Assembly: GCF_006345805.1 (NCBI RefSeq)
Contig: NC_043023.1
Coordinates: 11,160,001-11,224,000 of the forward strand
DNA: 64,000 nt
Direction: 5' to 3'
DNA from: Octopus sinensis
Taxonomy: Eukaryota
Shown here: piece after piece, positions 1 through 11,127 of the stretch
How positions within the stretch are numbered: position 1 is the first letter of the stretch
How the letters are laid out: every line of letters starts with the position of its first letter
Position numbers and translations under genes: made by a program
Notes under the pieces: generated by a model
Told to the model about the DNA's origin: nothing
Database searches by the model: none
Seen by the model: only the letters and a program-made list of their open reading frames with translations

Positions 1-179
1 AATGGAATTTAAAGTGAAGTTAACTGCTATTTCTAGCACATATATTGACCACGTAGGCACCCTCTCAGTGAATTATTTTTCTTTAGTCCCAGGTCAGCTT
101 TGCCTGAGCAAACCTATTATGAAAGGCAGGCTGTTTTGAAGACTGTTGTGAATATGACAGATTAAAGACGACAAGTTTT

Positions 180-310
180 TTTCAGTTTCTCTCTACCAAT
201 AATCCACTTGCAAGGCTTTGGTCAGCTTAAGGCAATAGCAGAAGACACTTGCCCAAAGTGCCATGCAGTGGGACTGAACCAGGAACCATGTGGTTAAGAA
301 ACAAACTTCA
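180..310 (-). mobile_element. SINE family A, degenerate head fragment
   Basis: Matches the reverse complement of the family A head (gaagacacttgcccaa...cagtgggactgaacc...accatgtgg) seen intact at 974. Confidence 0.7.
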
Positions 311-318
311 CAGGTACA

Positions 319-552
319 CCTATTTCTTTACTACCCACAAGGGGCTAAACACAGAGGAGACAAACAAGGACAGACAAACGGATTAAGTCGATGACATCGA
401 CCCCAGTGCGTAAATGGTATTTATTTAATCGACCCCGAAAGAATGAAAGGTAAAGTCGACCTCGGCGGAATTTGAACTCAGAACGTAACGGCAGACGAAA
501 TACGGCTATGCATTTCGTCCGGCGTGCTAACGTTTCTGCCAGCTCGCCGCCT
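319..552 (-). mobile_element. SINE family B monomer (tRNA-like head; tail ...gccccttgtgggtagtaaagaaata)
   Basis: B-box-like gagttcaaattcc, central gtcgactttacctttcat...ggggtcgat, and the family tail. Confidence 0.85.
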
Positions 553-647
553 TATGGCTAGAGATAACCGCTACGATGAAAACAATACACAACTTTTAAT
601 GGACACAATCTGCAAGCGGAATAACGAATATGCACGTAAACAACAGT

Positions 648-940
648 GGAGGCGCAATGGCCCAGTGGTTAGGGCAGCGGATTCGCGGACGGAGGATCGC
701 GGTTTCGACTCCCAGACCGGCCGTTGTGTGTGTTTATAGAGCGAAAACACATAAAGCCCCACGAGGCTCCGACAGGAGGTGGTGGCGATCCCTGTTGTCC
801 CCTTTCGCCCCAACTTTTTCTCACTCTTTCTTTCTGTTTCTTGAGTAACGCTGCGATGGACTGGCGTCCCGTCCAGCTGGGGGGAACACATACACCACAG
901 AAACTGGGCCCATGTGCCTGGCTAGGCTTGAAAAGGGCGA
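648..940 (+). mobile_element. SINE family D head/body fused to a family E-type tail
   Basis: tRNA-like head ggaggcgcaatggcccagtggttagggcagcgg...ggtttcgactcc, also at 24618; joined at about 845 to gctgcgatggactggcgtcccgtccag. Confidence 0.75.
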
Positions 941-973
941 ATAAATAAAAAATATATAAAACGTAAACAACAA

Positions 974-1365
974 GCGCATGAGTGGCTGTGTGGTAAGTAG
1001 CTTATTTACCAACCACATGGTTCCGGGTTCAGTCCCACTGCGTGACACCTTGGGCAAGTGTCTTCTACTATAGCCTCGGGCCGACCAAAGCCTTGTGAGT
1101 GGATTTGGTAGACGGAAACTGAAAGAAGCCCGTCGTATATATGTATATGTGTGTGTGTTTATGTTTGTGTGTCTGTGTTTGTCCCCGCAACATCGCTTGA
1201 CAACCGATGCTGGTGTGTTTATGTCCCCGTTACTTAGCGGTTCGGCAAAACAGACCGATAGAATAAGTACTGGGCTTACAAAGAATAAGTCCTGGGATCG
1301 ATTTGCTCGACTAAAGGCGGTGCTCCAGCATGGCCGCAGTCAAATGACTGAAACAAGTAAAAGAG
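974..1365 (+). mobile_element. Composite SINE A+C (tRNA head, TA/TG microsatellite, conserved 3' body ending aagtaaaagag)
   Basis: A box tggctgtgtgg, B box ggttcagtcc, microsatellite, then gcttgacaaccgatgctggtg...ggccgcagtcaaatgactgaaacaagtaaaagag; more than 10 copies in the window. Confidence 0.9.
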
Positions 1366-1519
1366 TAACATATTACATTCACCTTAGTTCACTAGTTAAT
1401 CATCATTTCATGTGATTACTATAATCAATAAACTTAATTAATTAGGGTATATTTAATACACGTAAAAAAGCAAGACATTCCGAAATTTCAACTCAACCGA
1501 AATGTATATAAATATTTTA

Positions 1520-1650
1520 CCTGGAGTTTTATATAAATCACGGATTAATGTAAATTATTTTTAATTTACATTAAGAGGCGATTCCACAGAGAACTGAATA
1601 TTGAGACATTCTAAGAAAAAACGAAACGTAAACAGCGAAACGAACTATTA
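1520..1650 (-). promoter_or_regulatory. Putative non-coding first exon and splice donor of a ZNF paralog lying left of the window
   Basis: Block homologous to 10331-10455 and 50910-51035; minus-strand ccag|gtaaaa donor at 1520. Confidence 0.5.
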
Positions 1651-2070
1651 ATCTGGATGTTGTGTACATCGTGTCATTAATCTATTACTGTTTACAAAAC
1701 TTATGTTACCGTTTTTATACTTTTCAATTGCTTCAAAATACATTTAGAAATATAGTACAGATTTTTAAATAATGTATTCGAAAGATTATCTAGACGAAAT
1801 TATAATTTATTAATGCGAATTATAAGAAAAGGTGCAAAACTAGAAGTGGAATGATGAAAACGAAGGATCGTTGTCTGGTCAAAACATAGAAAGAAGATTA
1901 TTTGGAATAGATTAAAATATAATTAATTAAAAGTTACGTTAGGGAAGTTTTCCCCCAAATTCCCTAAAACAACTGAGATATTAGATCATTTTTAATATAA
2001 TGATTCTGTGGTATTTTAAAATTTGGTAAAATGGAAAGTTTTCAGCTTTTAATTGTAGATAGAGTTATTG

Positions 2071-2536
2071 GGATATTTTCCTTTTGAACGACACTTTGTA
2101 ACATAATTTCTAGGTAACTAAAAAGTTTTAAACTTCATATACTGGTAGAATGTGTTTGTAAAACATCATTTTCTCTTGGCTTTATTGAGAAAATTCTGTA
2201 GGTTGTAAGATATTTCGTCTGAAATCTTTTGCATTTAGGCAATTTTAACCAATCAATTACCTCCATTGACGTAAATAACATTCTGTGCATTATGAATATG
2301 TCCCTCCTTTAAGAAACAGATTGGGTTTATTTACATTTGTGAAGAAAAAAGATACCCTTCCCCTACCCCTAAATCTAAAATAGATTGAAATGCAATAGAT
2401 CGATACTAGGGTTATAATTATGGGTGACAATTTCATACGACACCGCTACAGAAAATGGGATTTTTTTCTAGCTGTTTAAAACATTTTAGTTACCTAGAAA
2501 TTATGTTACAAAGTGCCGTTCAAAAGGAAAAGATCC
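2071..2536. mobile_element. MITE with long imperfect terminal inverted repeats (TIRs) (ggatattttccttttgaacg...cgttcaaaaggaaaagatcc)
   Basis: Inverted termini; the same family occurs at 14599, 39508 and 41060. Confidence 0.8.
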
Positions 2537-2811
2537 AGATATTGTTACATCTCGAACTTCGCTAGATTATTATTTGAAAAAAAAATGTTTTGAAATGCCA
2601 AAGATTATTTTCTTGAAAATAATCATAAATCACAAGCTAAAAGTTATGTTATTTTAGCCAATCAAAAGACTACATTGGTGGCATATCATCTGAGCTGATC
2701 TCCATCAACGTTTTTGTGGTCTTTTGACCTGCTAGAAATAGCAGGTCAGATAACTGCTTACAGTGGAAACTTAGTTCCTCTTTGTTCGGTCTATATTTAT
2801 TATGTCAGTAT

Positions 2812-3008
2812 TACTCTTTTACTTGTTTCAGTCATTTGACTGCAGCCATGCTGGAGCACCGCCTTTAATCAAGCAACTCAACCCCAGGTCTTATTCTTTT
2901 GTAAGCCCAGTACTTATTATATTGGTCTCTTTTTGCCAAACGGCTAAGTTATGGGGACGTAAACACACCAGCATCGGCTGTCAAGTGATGTTGCAGGGAC
3001 AAACACAG

Positions 3009-3039
<31 letters not shown>

Positions 3040-3382
3040 CATATATACAACAGGCTTCTTTCAGTTTCCGTCTACCAAATCCACTCACAAGGTATTGGTC
3101 GGCCCAGGGCTATAGCAGAAGACACTTGCCCAAGATGCCACGCAGTGGGACTGTACCCAGAAACATGTGGTTGGTTAGCAAGCTACTTACCACACAGCCA
3201 TTCCTGCGCCTATATACATATATACGACAGGCTTCTTTCAGTTTCCGTCTACCAAATCCACTCCTAAGGCTTTGGTCGGCCCGAGGCTATAGTAGAAGGC
3301 ACTTGCCGAAGGTGCCACGCAGTGAGACTGAACCCGGAGCCATGTGGTTGGTAAACAAGCTACTTACCACACAGCCACTCCT
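2812..3382 (-). mobile_element. Composite SINE A+C with a duplicated A head
   Basis: Two successive family A segments (about 3050-3210 and 3225-3380) followed by the C body. Confidence 0.85.
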
Positions 3383-3775
3383 GGTTTATTTAAACATCTT
3401 TGTTTCAATGTGTTCAGCAAAGTAAAGGAAAGAATCTGAAATAAATGTAATCTGATGAAAATAACGATGTTGTCTTAATGACTTGTAGGAACGTGGTGGT
3501 TTTTTAGTTAAGCAACCGTAATATATCATAACGTATATTAAATGTTCTTATAAGCCAACACCACGTTCTACGGCATTAGCAATGATCTTTATATTATTAT
3601 GTTATCTGACGTTTCATTGTTTGTTTACATGTGATATCTTGATACTGTAGCGGACGCTTAGTAAAACTCTTCCTCTCTCTCTGACATATATAACATAAAT
3701 ACGGACGTACCAGATAACAGCTAACCTTCGGCCGCTTGGGCCCTGTTATGTCCACTACTCTGATTGGTTGGTATT

Positions 3776-4144
3776 GGCGCAATGCTTAGCGGTATTTCGT
3801 CTGCCGTTACATTCTGAGTTCAAATTCCGCCGAGGTCGACTTTGCCTTTCATCATTTCGGGGTCGATTAAATATGTACCAGTTACGTAATGGAGTCGATA
3901 TAATCGACTTAATCCGTTTGTCCTCTCTGTGTTTAGCCCCTTGTGGGTAGTAAAGAAATAGGTATTTCGTCTGCCATTACATTCTGAGTTCAAATTCCGC
4001 TGAGGTCGACTTTGCCTTTCATCCTTTCGGGGTCGATAAATTAAGTATCAGTTACGCACTGGGGTCAATGTAATCGACTTAATACCTATGTCTGTCCTTG
4101 TTTGTCCCCTCTATGTTTAGGCCCTTGTGGGTAATAAAGAAATA
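3776..4144 (+). mobile_element. SINE B head-to-tail dimer, 5'-truncated, with GGTATT TSD
   Basis: Junction aaagaaata|ggtatttcgtctgcc at about 3960; GGTATT at 3770-3775 and 4145-4150. Confidence 0.85.
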
Positions 4145-4479
4145 GGTATTAACGCAATTTTTCTCTTGTTCAATTACGCGCCAATGTGCAACCCAACCAA
4201 TCGCAGCCTTCTGATAAGGTCCCATGACAGAGTTTTTCTAAAGCTCCGTTTGAGCCTATAATTTGCTATAAAACACAGCGATTCATTGAGTTGAGCGTCT
4301 TTGGTTCTGACCACAGACCACAGCGCACTCAGCCAGTTCCGGCAATATCAGCAGTATTTCCAGACCTCCATCTTATCGATGCCAACAACATCTCTACGTA
4401 CACATCAACTTCGCCGGAATGAATCAGATGAGGGATCAGGCTATGGTAGAAACTGTAAGATGTCCGTTATATGCATGTA

Positions 4480-4745
4480 TGTATGTATGTGTGTGCTAGT
4501 GTGTATATGTGTGTGGTCTGTTTGTGTTTGTTTCCCATCACTGCTTGACACTAGGTGTTGGTTTGCTAACATCGGCATGGCTTAGCAGTTTGCCAACAAT
4601 GGCCAATAGAATTAGGGGCCTGGTATGAAAATAAGGACCGGGATTGCTTCATTCAAATAAATCCCTTTAAGGTGGTGCCCCAGCATGGCTGCAGTCCATG
4701 AAAAAAGACAAGAACCTCACATTACTAGGGTTCAATCTCAAATCT
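4480..4745 (+). repeat. Divergent SINE C copy plus unique flank, duplicated in inverted orientation at about 61745-61990
   Basis: tttcccatcactgcttgacactaggtgttgg...aagaacctcacattact matches the reverse complement of 61745-61990. Confidence 0.75.
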
Positions 4746-5068
4746 CTTTGGAAACGTATCCTTATCAGATGACGGTGATTCAGTAGCAGACCCATGGAAG
4801 GAATCAGATGAGGGATCAGGTTTTGATATCAGAAGGGAGCAAGTCGCTGTCAGCGCCATCACTGGAGATGCTCTCCATAAGATAATCTTTGTGGCCAGTT
4901 CTGGTGACATGTAAAAGATGCCCAGAATATTCTGTAAAGTAGTTGGCATTAGGAAGGGCATCCAGCCATAGAACCATGTCACAATATACGACAGGTCCCT
5001 GGTGCAGCTCCCAGGCTGACCAGATCTAGACATGGAAAATGGATGTTCAATGATTATATACATATATA

Positions 5069-5458
5069 AGCGCAGGAGTGGCTGTGTGGTAAGTAGCTTG
5101 CTTACCAACCACATGGTTCTGGGTTCAGTCCCACTGCGTGGCACCTTAGGCAAGTGTCTTCTACTATACCCTCGGGTCGACCAATGCCTTGTGAGTGGAT
5201 TTGGTTGATGGAAACTGAAAGAAGCCCGTCGTATATATGTATATATATATGTGTGTGCTTGTATGTCTGTATTTGTCCCCCTAGTATTGCTTGACAACCG
5301 ATGCTGGTGTGTTTACGTCCCCGTCACTTAGCGGTTCGGCAAAAGAGACCGACAGAATAAGTACTGGGCTTACATAGAATAAGTCCCGGGGTGGAGTTGC
5401 TTGATTAAAGGCGGTGCTCCAGCATGGCCGCAGTCAAATGACTGAAACAAGTAAAAGA
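5069..5458 (+). mobile_element. Composite SINE A+C
   Basis: Full head, microsatellite and C body. Confidence 0.9.
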
Positions 5459-5462
5459 AAAA

Positions 5463-5496
<34 letters not shown>

Positions 5497-5924
5497 GATA
5501 TACGATGGACTTCTTTCAGATTCCATTCACAAGATTTTCATGGGCTTCTTTCAGTTTCCATCCACTAAATCCATTCACAAGACTTTGGTCAATCTGATGT
5601 TATTGTAATAGACACTTGCTAAAGGTACTAAACATTGGGACTGAACCCAGAACCATGTAGTTGGGAAGCAAACTTATTACCACATGGTCATACCTATGCA
5701 TATGCTTAGACATTTTACATATAAAATCAATGGAGAATAATTAAAGAGTAAAACAACTTTATTTTTCTTTCAGGTTTTAACAAATAATCACAAAATATGA
5801 TGATGTCAGAATTGGAAAATCTCAATCTCGCAGCTGAAATGACTAAAGATTGAGAATAATGTTTTTAGACAGACAGGTCCACAAATAGAAATCGATCAAC
5901 ATCAATGGAAATTGCAGCTGTGAT

Positions 5925-6249
5925 ACCAGTGCCGGTGGTACGTAAGAGAACCATCCGAACGTGGCCGTTGCCAGCGTCGACCCGACTGGCCTCGTGCCGG
6001 TGGCACGTAAAAAGCACCATCTGATTGTGGTCGTTTGCTAGCCTCGCGTGGGCCCCGTGCCGGTGGCACGTAAAAAGCACCCACCACACTCACGGAGTGG
6101 TTGACGTTAGGAAGGACATCCAGCTGTAGAAACATTGCCAGATCAGACTGGGCCTGGTGCAGCCTCCTGGCTTCCCAGACCCCGGTCGAACCGTCCAACC
6201 CATGCTAGCATAGAAAGCGGACAGTAAACGAAGATGATGATGATGATGA
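5925..6249 (+). mobile_element. Interspersed repeat family G (repeated gtgccggtggcacgtaaaaagcacc modules, ttaggaagggcatccagctgtag motif, (GAT)n tail)
   Basis: Related copies at about 4940-5045, 6690-6895 and 21248-21450; the simple-repeat tail suggests a retroposon. Confidence 0.7.
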
Positions 6250-6475
6250 GGTCCAACACTCAGTACAAAATGAAGATTTCACACAACTAGTGATATTTTC
6301 CTGTATGGATAGTTATATGCCTGGTTAAGTGAATTCCTTGAGGGAATGATTTACCACAGATGGATGAAGTATTGAAGGCCAATCTCAAGATACCGAACCT
6401 TACAAAGGAATTGACAGACAGTTGAGATATGTGGGGTATTGCTGTACTGGAGAAGACCTTCCCACTACAACAGAA

Positions 6476-6659
6476 TTGAGATGCTCTGTGTTTCTTTCAA
6501 TTAATTGTAAATATAACAAAGAATTTAGTAAAATAACTTAGTTATCATTAAGCTACTGTTAGGATCATAAATTGTGACTAAGGTTTGGTGGTATATTTTA
6601 ATTCAAAACTTATGAAAACAAGACATTTATACTACAGAGCCAGTTTAGTATCAAAAGGG
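6476..6659. mobile_element. piggyBac-type MITE, left end missing
   Basis: Ends aaaaggg|TTAA and matches the body of the MITEs at 38164 and 38423. Confidence 0.7.
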
Positions 6660-6894
6660 TTAAAAGAAAGGTGTTATGTAAAAAGCATTGGTGATGGGGC
6701 CATGTTAGAAGCACCCAGTATAATCTGTGGAGTGGCTGGCATTAGAAAAGGCATCCAGCTGTATAAATCAAACCAAAACAGACTATGGAATCTGGTGTGG
6801 TCCCTAGACTTGCTAGTTCCTGCTAAGCCGTACAACCTATGCCAGCATAGAAAACAAGGGTTCAATGTTGATGAAAAAAGATGATGATATCAGG

Positions 6895-7270
6895 CGTAGG
6901 AGTGGCTGTGTGGCAAGTAGTTTGCTTACCAACCACATGGTTCCGGGTTCAGTCCCACTGTGTGGCACCTTGGGCAAGTGTCTTCTACTATAGCTTCGGG
7001 CCGACCAAAGATTTGTGAGTGGATTTGGTAGATGGAAACTTAAAAGAAGCCCGTCGTATATATATATATATGTATATGCGTGTGTGTGTTTGTCCCCCTA
7101 GCATTGCTTGACAACCGTGTGTTTACGTCTCCATTACTTAGCGGTTCAGCAAAAGAGACCGATAGAATAAGTACTGGGCTTACAAAAGAATAAGTCCGGG
7201 GGTCGAGTTGCTCGACTAAAGGCGGTGCTCCAGCATGGCCACAGTCAAATGACTGAGACAAGTAAAAGAG
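6895..7270 (+). mobile_element. Composite SINE A+C immediately 3' of the ZNF-1 stop codon
   Basis: Full family structure. Confidence 0.9.
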
Positions 7271-7283
7271 AGAGTAAAAGATA

Positions 7284-8540
7284 TTACAGTGATATTTTCT
7301 CTCCTGTATGAATGAGCTTGTGTTTAGTCAAAGTACCATTCAGAGCGAATGATTTACCACAGGTATCACAGGGATATGGTCTCTCACCTGTATGAATACA
7401 TTTGTGAGTAGTTAAGTTGGCTTTTTTAGAGAATGACTTACCACAGATATCACAGCAATATGGCTTTTCACCTGTATGAATACGTTTGTGGGTAGTTAAA
7501 TTTCCTTTTTGAGAGAATGATTTGCCACAGGTATCACACTGATATGGCTCCTCTCCTGTGTGAATGTATCTATGCTTAGTCAAGACACTATTTCCAGAGA
7601 ATGATTTACCACAGATATCACAGCGATGTGGATTCTCCCCTGTGTGAATACGTCTGTGTGTACTTAATGCACCGTTTCGAGTGAATGATTTATCACAAAT
7701 ATTACAGTGATATGGCTTCTCTCCTGTATGAATATATTTGTGCTCAGTCAAGACACTCCTTCTACTGAATGATTTGCCACAGATATCACAGCGATACGGC
7801 TTCTCACCTGTATGAATACGTTTGTGTTTTGTTAGGTGATTACTTACACTGAATGACTTGCCACAGATATCACAACGATACGGTCTCTCTCCTGTATGAA
7901 TACGTTTGTGTTTAGTAAAGTAACTACTTCCAGTGAATGATTTACCACAGATATCACAATGATAGGGTTTCTCACCAGTATGAGTGTATCTGTGTTGAAT
8001 TAAATTACTATTCTGAGAAAATGATTTACCACAGATATCACACCGATATGGTTTTTCACCTGTATGAATACGTTTATGTGTAGTTAAGTCACTACTTCCA
8101 GAGAATGATTTACCACAGATATCGCAATGGTATGGCTCCTCTCCTGTATGAAGACGTTTATGATGAATTAAACTATTCATCTGAGAGAATGTTTTACCAC
8201 AAATATCACAGTGATATGGTTTTTCTCCAGTATGAACACGCTTGTGAGTAATCAAGGTACCGTTAGCAGTGAATGATTTACCACAGATATCACAGTGATA
8301 TGGCTTCTCCCCTGTATGAATACGTTTGTGTTTAGTCAAGAGGTCATTTTGAGAGAATGATTTACCACAGATATCACAGTGATATGGTTTCTCTCCAGTA
8401 GAAATGCATTTATGAGTAGTTAGGTTCCCTCTCCGAGAGAAAGACTTTTTGCAGATATCACAACAGTTCGATAATTTTTCTCCTTCTTTCGTCATCTCTT
8501 CACGAAGTAAACTGCCCTTTACATTTCTCACATAACTCAT
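7284..8540 (-). CDS. C2H2 zinc-finger protein ZNF-1, 418 aa, 14 fingers (first lacks the second His)
   Basis: Open ATG-initiated ORF of CxxC-x12-Hx3H repeats with TGEKPY linkers; leader [23 protein letters not shown]. Confidence 0.93.
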   Translation of the reverse strand: MSYVRNVKGSLLREEMTKEGEKLSNCCDICKKSFSRRGNLTTHKCISTGEKPYHCDICGKSFSQNDLLTKHKRIHTGEKPYHCDICGKSFTANGTLITHKRVHTGEKPYHCDICGKTFSQMNSLIHHKRLHTGEEPYHCDICGKSFSGSSDLTTHKRIHTGEKPYRCDICGKSFSQNSNLIQHRYTHTGEKPYHCDICGKSFTGSSYFTKHKRIHTGERPYRCDICGKSFSVSNHLTKHKRIHTGEKPYRCDICGKSFSRRSVLTEHKYIHTGEKPYHCNICDKSFTRNGALSTHRRIHTGENPHRCDICGKSFSGNSVLTKHRYIHTGEEPYQCDTCGKSFSQKGNLTTHKRIHTGEKPYCCDICGKSFSKKANLTTHKCIHTGERPYPCDTCGKSFALNGTLTKHKLIHTGEKISL

Positions 8541-9363
8541 TGTTCTATAATGTTTCTGATACTACCACAATAAATAAATATTTTTCTTGTGTTTCTTCTT
8601 ATATATATATGTTTCTGTTGACTTCAGTATCCGAAGGCCATAAATTTCCTTGTAAATGTATCCATGTTTAATTAGAATGTGAAATGGAAATATTTCAGGC
8701 AGTGAGGAAGAGAAATATTGCTATCAATCTCAGTCCAGAACAAAGTATTTCACAGTTATTGATCATAGATATATTATATAAACATGTTTATATCTGTTAT
8801 TTATCACATCTTCCTTTAGTCTTTCAAAGTTTATTAATATTCATGACGTATCTCTAGTAAAAATCCGTTCATGCCACAGACGTCTGATGTTCTGAAATGA
8901 TATAGAAACAATATAAAATAAAGAAAATAGTTTAAAAGGAGAGATTCAATAATAGAAATGTTAGTGTCTGGGGAGAGTCATTTTCTTTTTGTGCTTTACA
9001 ATTTAACACACTCACTGGTAAAATTTCCACTCATTTCTTATTTTTATTATCCTAAAATTGTTGGTGCATCATGCAACCTTTAGGTTAAATTATAAGGCAC
9101 AAAAAGAAAATTACATCCCACGACCACCTGATGCCTTCCTTATATCTTTGTCACACTGACATGTATTGATGTTTTAATACATATTTTACTCTATAAACAT
9201 ATTTAATGGAATGATGATGCACCAGAGGGTGGTCCAATCCTGGGATGAAATAAAAGTTCGCGAAAAGCTTTTCGGATTTATGGGGAGGAGGGGTTGTAGA
9301 AAAATAGAAAAATTCTGTTTCCATGATCGTACGAACTTCTGCGTGTAGATCATAAATTCAGTT

Positions 9364-9855
9364 CTACTTAAGAAGTGTGGTCCCGGTGCGCGCACTCGCG
9401 TATCTGCGCTAGCTAGTCGTCATTAGTCGATCCTTACTTTGTGTTTCTGTATTTTATTTACTTTGTTTAGAAAAATTAACCACATGGTTCTGGGTTCAGT
9501 CCCACTGCGCGGTATCTTGGGCAAGTGTCTTCTACTATAGCTTCGGGCCGACCAAAGCCTTGTGAGTGAATTTGGTAGACGGAAACTGAAAGAAGCCCGT
9601 CGTATATATGTATATATATATATGTGTGTGCGTGTATGTTTGTGTGTCTGTGTTTGTCCCCCTAGCATTGCTTGACAACTGATGCTGGTGTGTTTACGTC
9701 CCCGTCACTTAGCGGTTCGGCAAAAAGGGACCGATAGAATAAGTACCGGGCTTACAAAGAATAAGTCCCGGAGTCGAGTTGCTCGATTAAAGGTGGTGCT
9801 CCAGCAAGGTCGCAGTCAAATGACTGAAACAAGTAAAAGAGTAATAAAGCAAAGT

Positions 9856-9897
<42 letters not shown>

Positions 9898-10124
9898 GGG
9901 GTTAGGGTTAGGGGTGTGAGAAAAGGGTTTCTGTTATCTTCAGAAATGTAAACAAAGCCACCTGTGTACCGAAGGATTGCCTATTTCCTTTGTGTAAACA
10001 AATTATTTATTTTGTGTTTTATTGACTTTGCTTGGTAGTCGTTGTAGGATCGACTAGCCACGACTAGGTGGCGCGGATGCGTGAGTACGCGAGTGCGCAC
10101 GCCGGGACAACTCTTCTTAAGTAG
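9364..10124. mobile_element. TIR element in the ZNF-1 intron (about 75-bp CpG-rich inverted ends), interrupted by a SINE A+C at about 9478-9842
   Basis: ctacttaagaag...cccggtgcgcgcactcgcg at the left and its diverged reverse complement at the right; a single end also occurs at 51586 and 63555. Confidence 0.6.
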
Positions 10125-10330
10125 TACCCACAACTTTTAACAGACCCCCGATACAAAACGGAAGGGGCCAGAGAAACAGCATGCTACTTTCACCTTCTTT
10201 TACTAATTGATCGTCATTTTATGTGACTACTATAATTAATCAAACTAAACTAATTACGGTATACTTAATACAAATAAAAAAGGTAGACATCCAGAGACTT
10301 CAATTCAACCGAAATATATATTATATCTTA

Positions 10331-10455
10331 CCTGGTGTTTTACATAAATTATAGAGTATTGTAAAATATCTTCCACTTAAATTAATTGGCGATTTCACAA
10401 AATTAAATCTTGAAACATTCAAAAAACCGACACGGTAAACAACGAAAGGAACTAA
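10331..10455 (-). promoter_or_regulatory. Putative non-coding first exon and donor of ZNF-1 (intron 8892-10331)
   Basis: Conserved ccgtgtcggtttttt motif, accag|gtaag donor, and tttcag acceptor at 8892 shared with paralogs. Confidence 0.6.
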
Positions 10456-10904
10456 GTATCTGGTGGTTGTGTACATCCTATCATCAATCTTTTGTTGTTT
10501 ACAGAAGTAATGTTACTAATTTTTTACCTTTTTAATTGTTTCAAAATAAATTTAGAAATATAATACAGGTTTTTTAAATCATGCAGTGTAAAGATTATCT
10601 AGACGAAATTATTTTATTGATGGGAATTATAACAAAATATGCAAAACAAGAACTGGAATGAAGAAAACGAAGAATCCGTATCTAGTCAAAACATAGAAAG
10701 AAGGTTATTTAGAATAGATTAAAAAATAATTAAATAGAAGTTACGTGAGTTAAGTTTATCCGAAAACTCCTCTAAAACAACTGAGATTAGATAATTTTTA
10801 ATGTAATAATTCTCTTGTAATTTTTAATTTGGTGAAATTTTCCATTTCACCATCAACGTGTTATTTTAATAGTAGAAATCAATTTCGTACATTTTTCTCT
10901 TTCT

Positions 10905-11127
10905 CTTTCTCTTTAACTTGTTTCAGTCGTTTGACTGCGGCCATGCTGGAGCACCGCCTTTAATCGAGCAACTCGACCCCCAGGACTTATTCTTTTGTAA
11001 GCCCAGTACTTATTCTATCGGTCTCTTTTGCCGAACCGCTAAGTAACGGGGACATAAACACACCAGCATCGGTTGTCAAGCAATGCTAGGGGGACAAACA
11101 CACACATGCATATATACATATATATAT
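10905..11127 (-). mobile_element. SINE A+C, C body and microsatellite; its A head is at 14133-14238, split off by the CR1 insertion
   Basis: The two halves flank the CR1 element in the same orientation. Confidence 0.8.

Noticed and set aside
648-720. tRNA-like sequences at SINE heads
   Set aside because: They have A and B boxes but no intact acceptor stem, and each continues into a SINE body; not functional tRNA genes.
1095-1415. Recurrent ORFs ending AVLQHGRSQMTETSK or containing [10 protein letters not shown]
   Set aside because: These are translations of SINE A+C copies; the recurrence reflects the repeat, not a protein family.
4301-4460. LTTDHSAL resembling the LTR-retrotransposon RNase H motif TDH
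   Set aside because: Only a few residues match; no surrounding pol similarity or LTRs.
9899-9914. ttagggttaggg tracts (also about 29520, 31200, 31375, 39755, 51690, 63645)
   Set aside because: Two or three degenerate units embedded in TIR elements; not interstitial telomere arrays.
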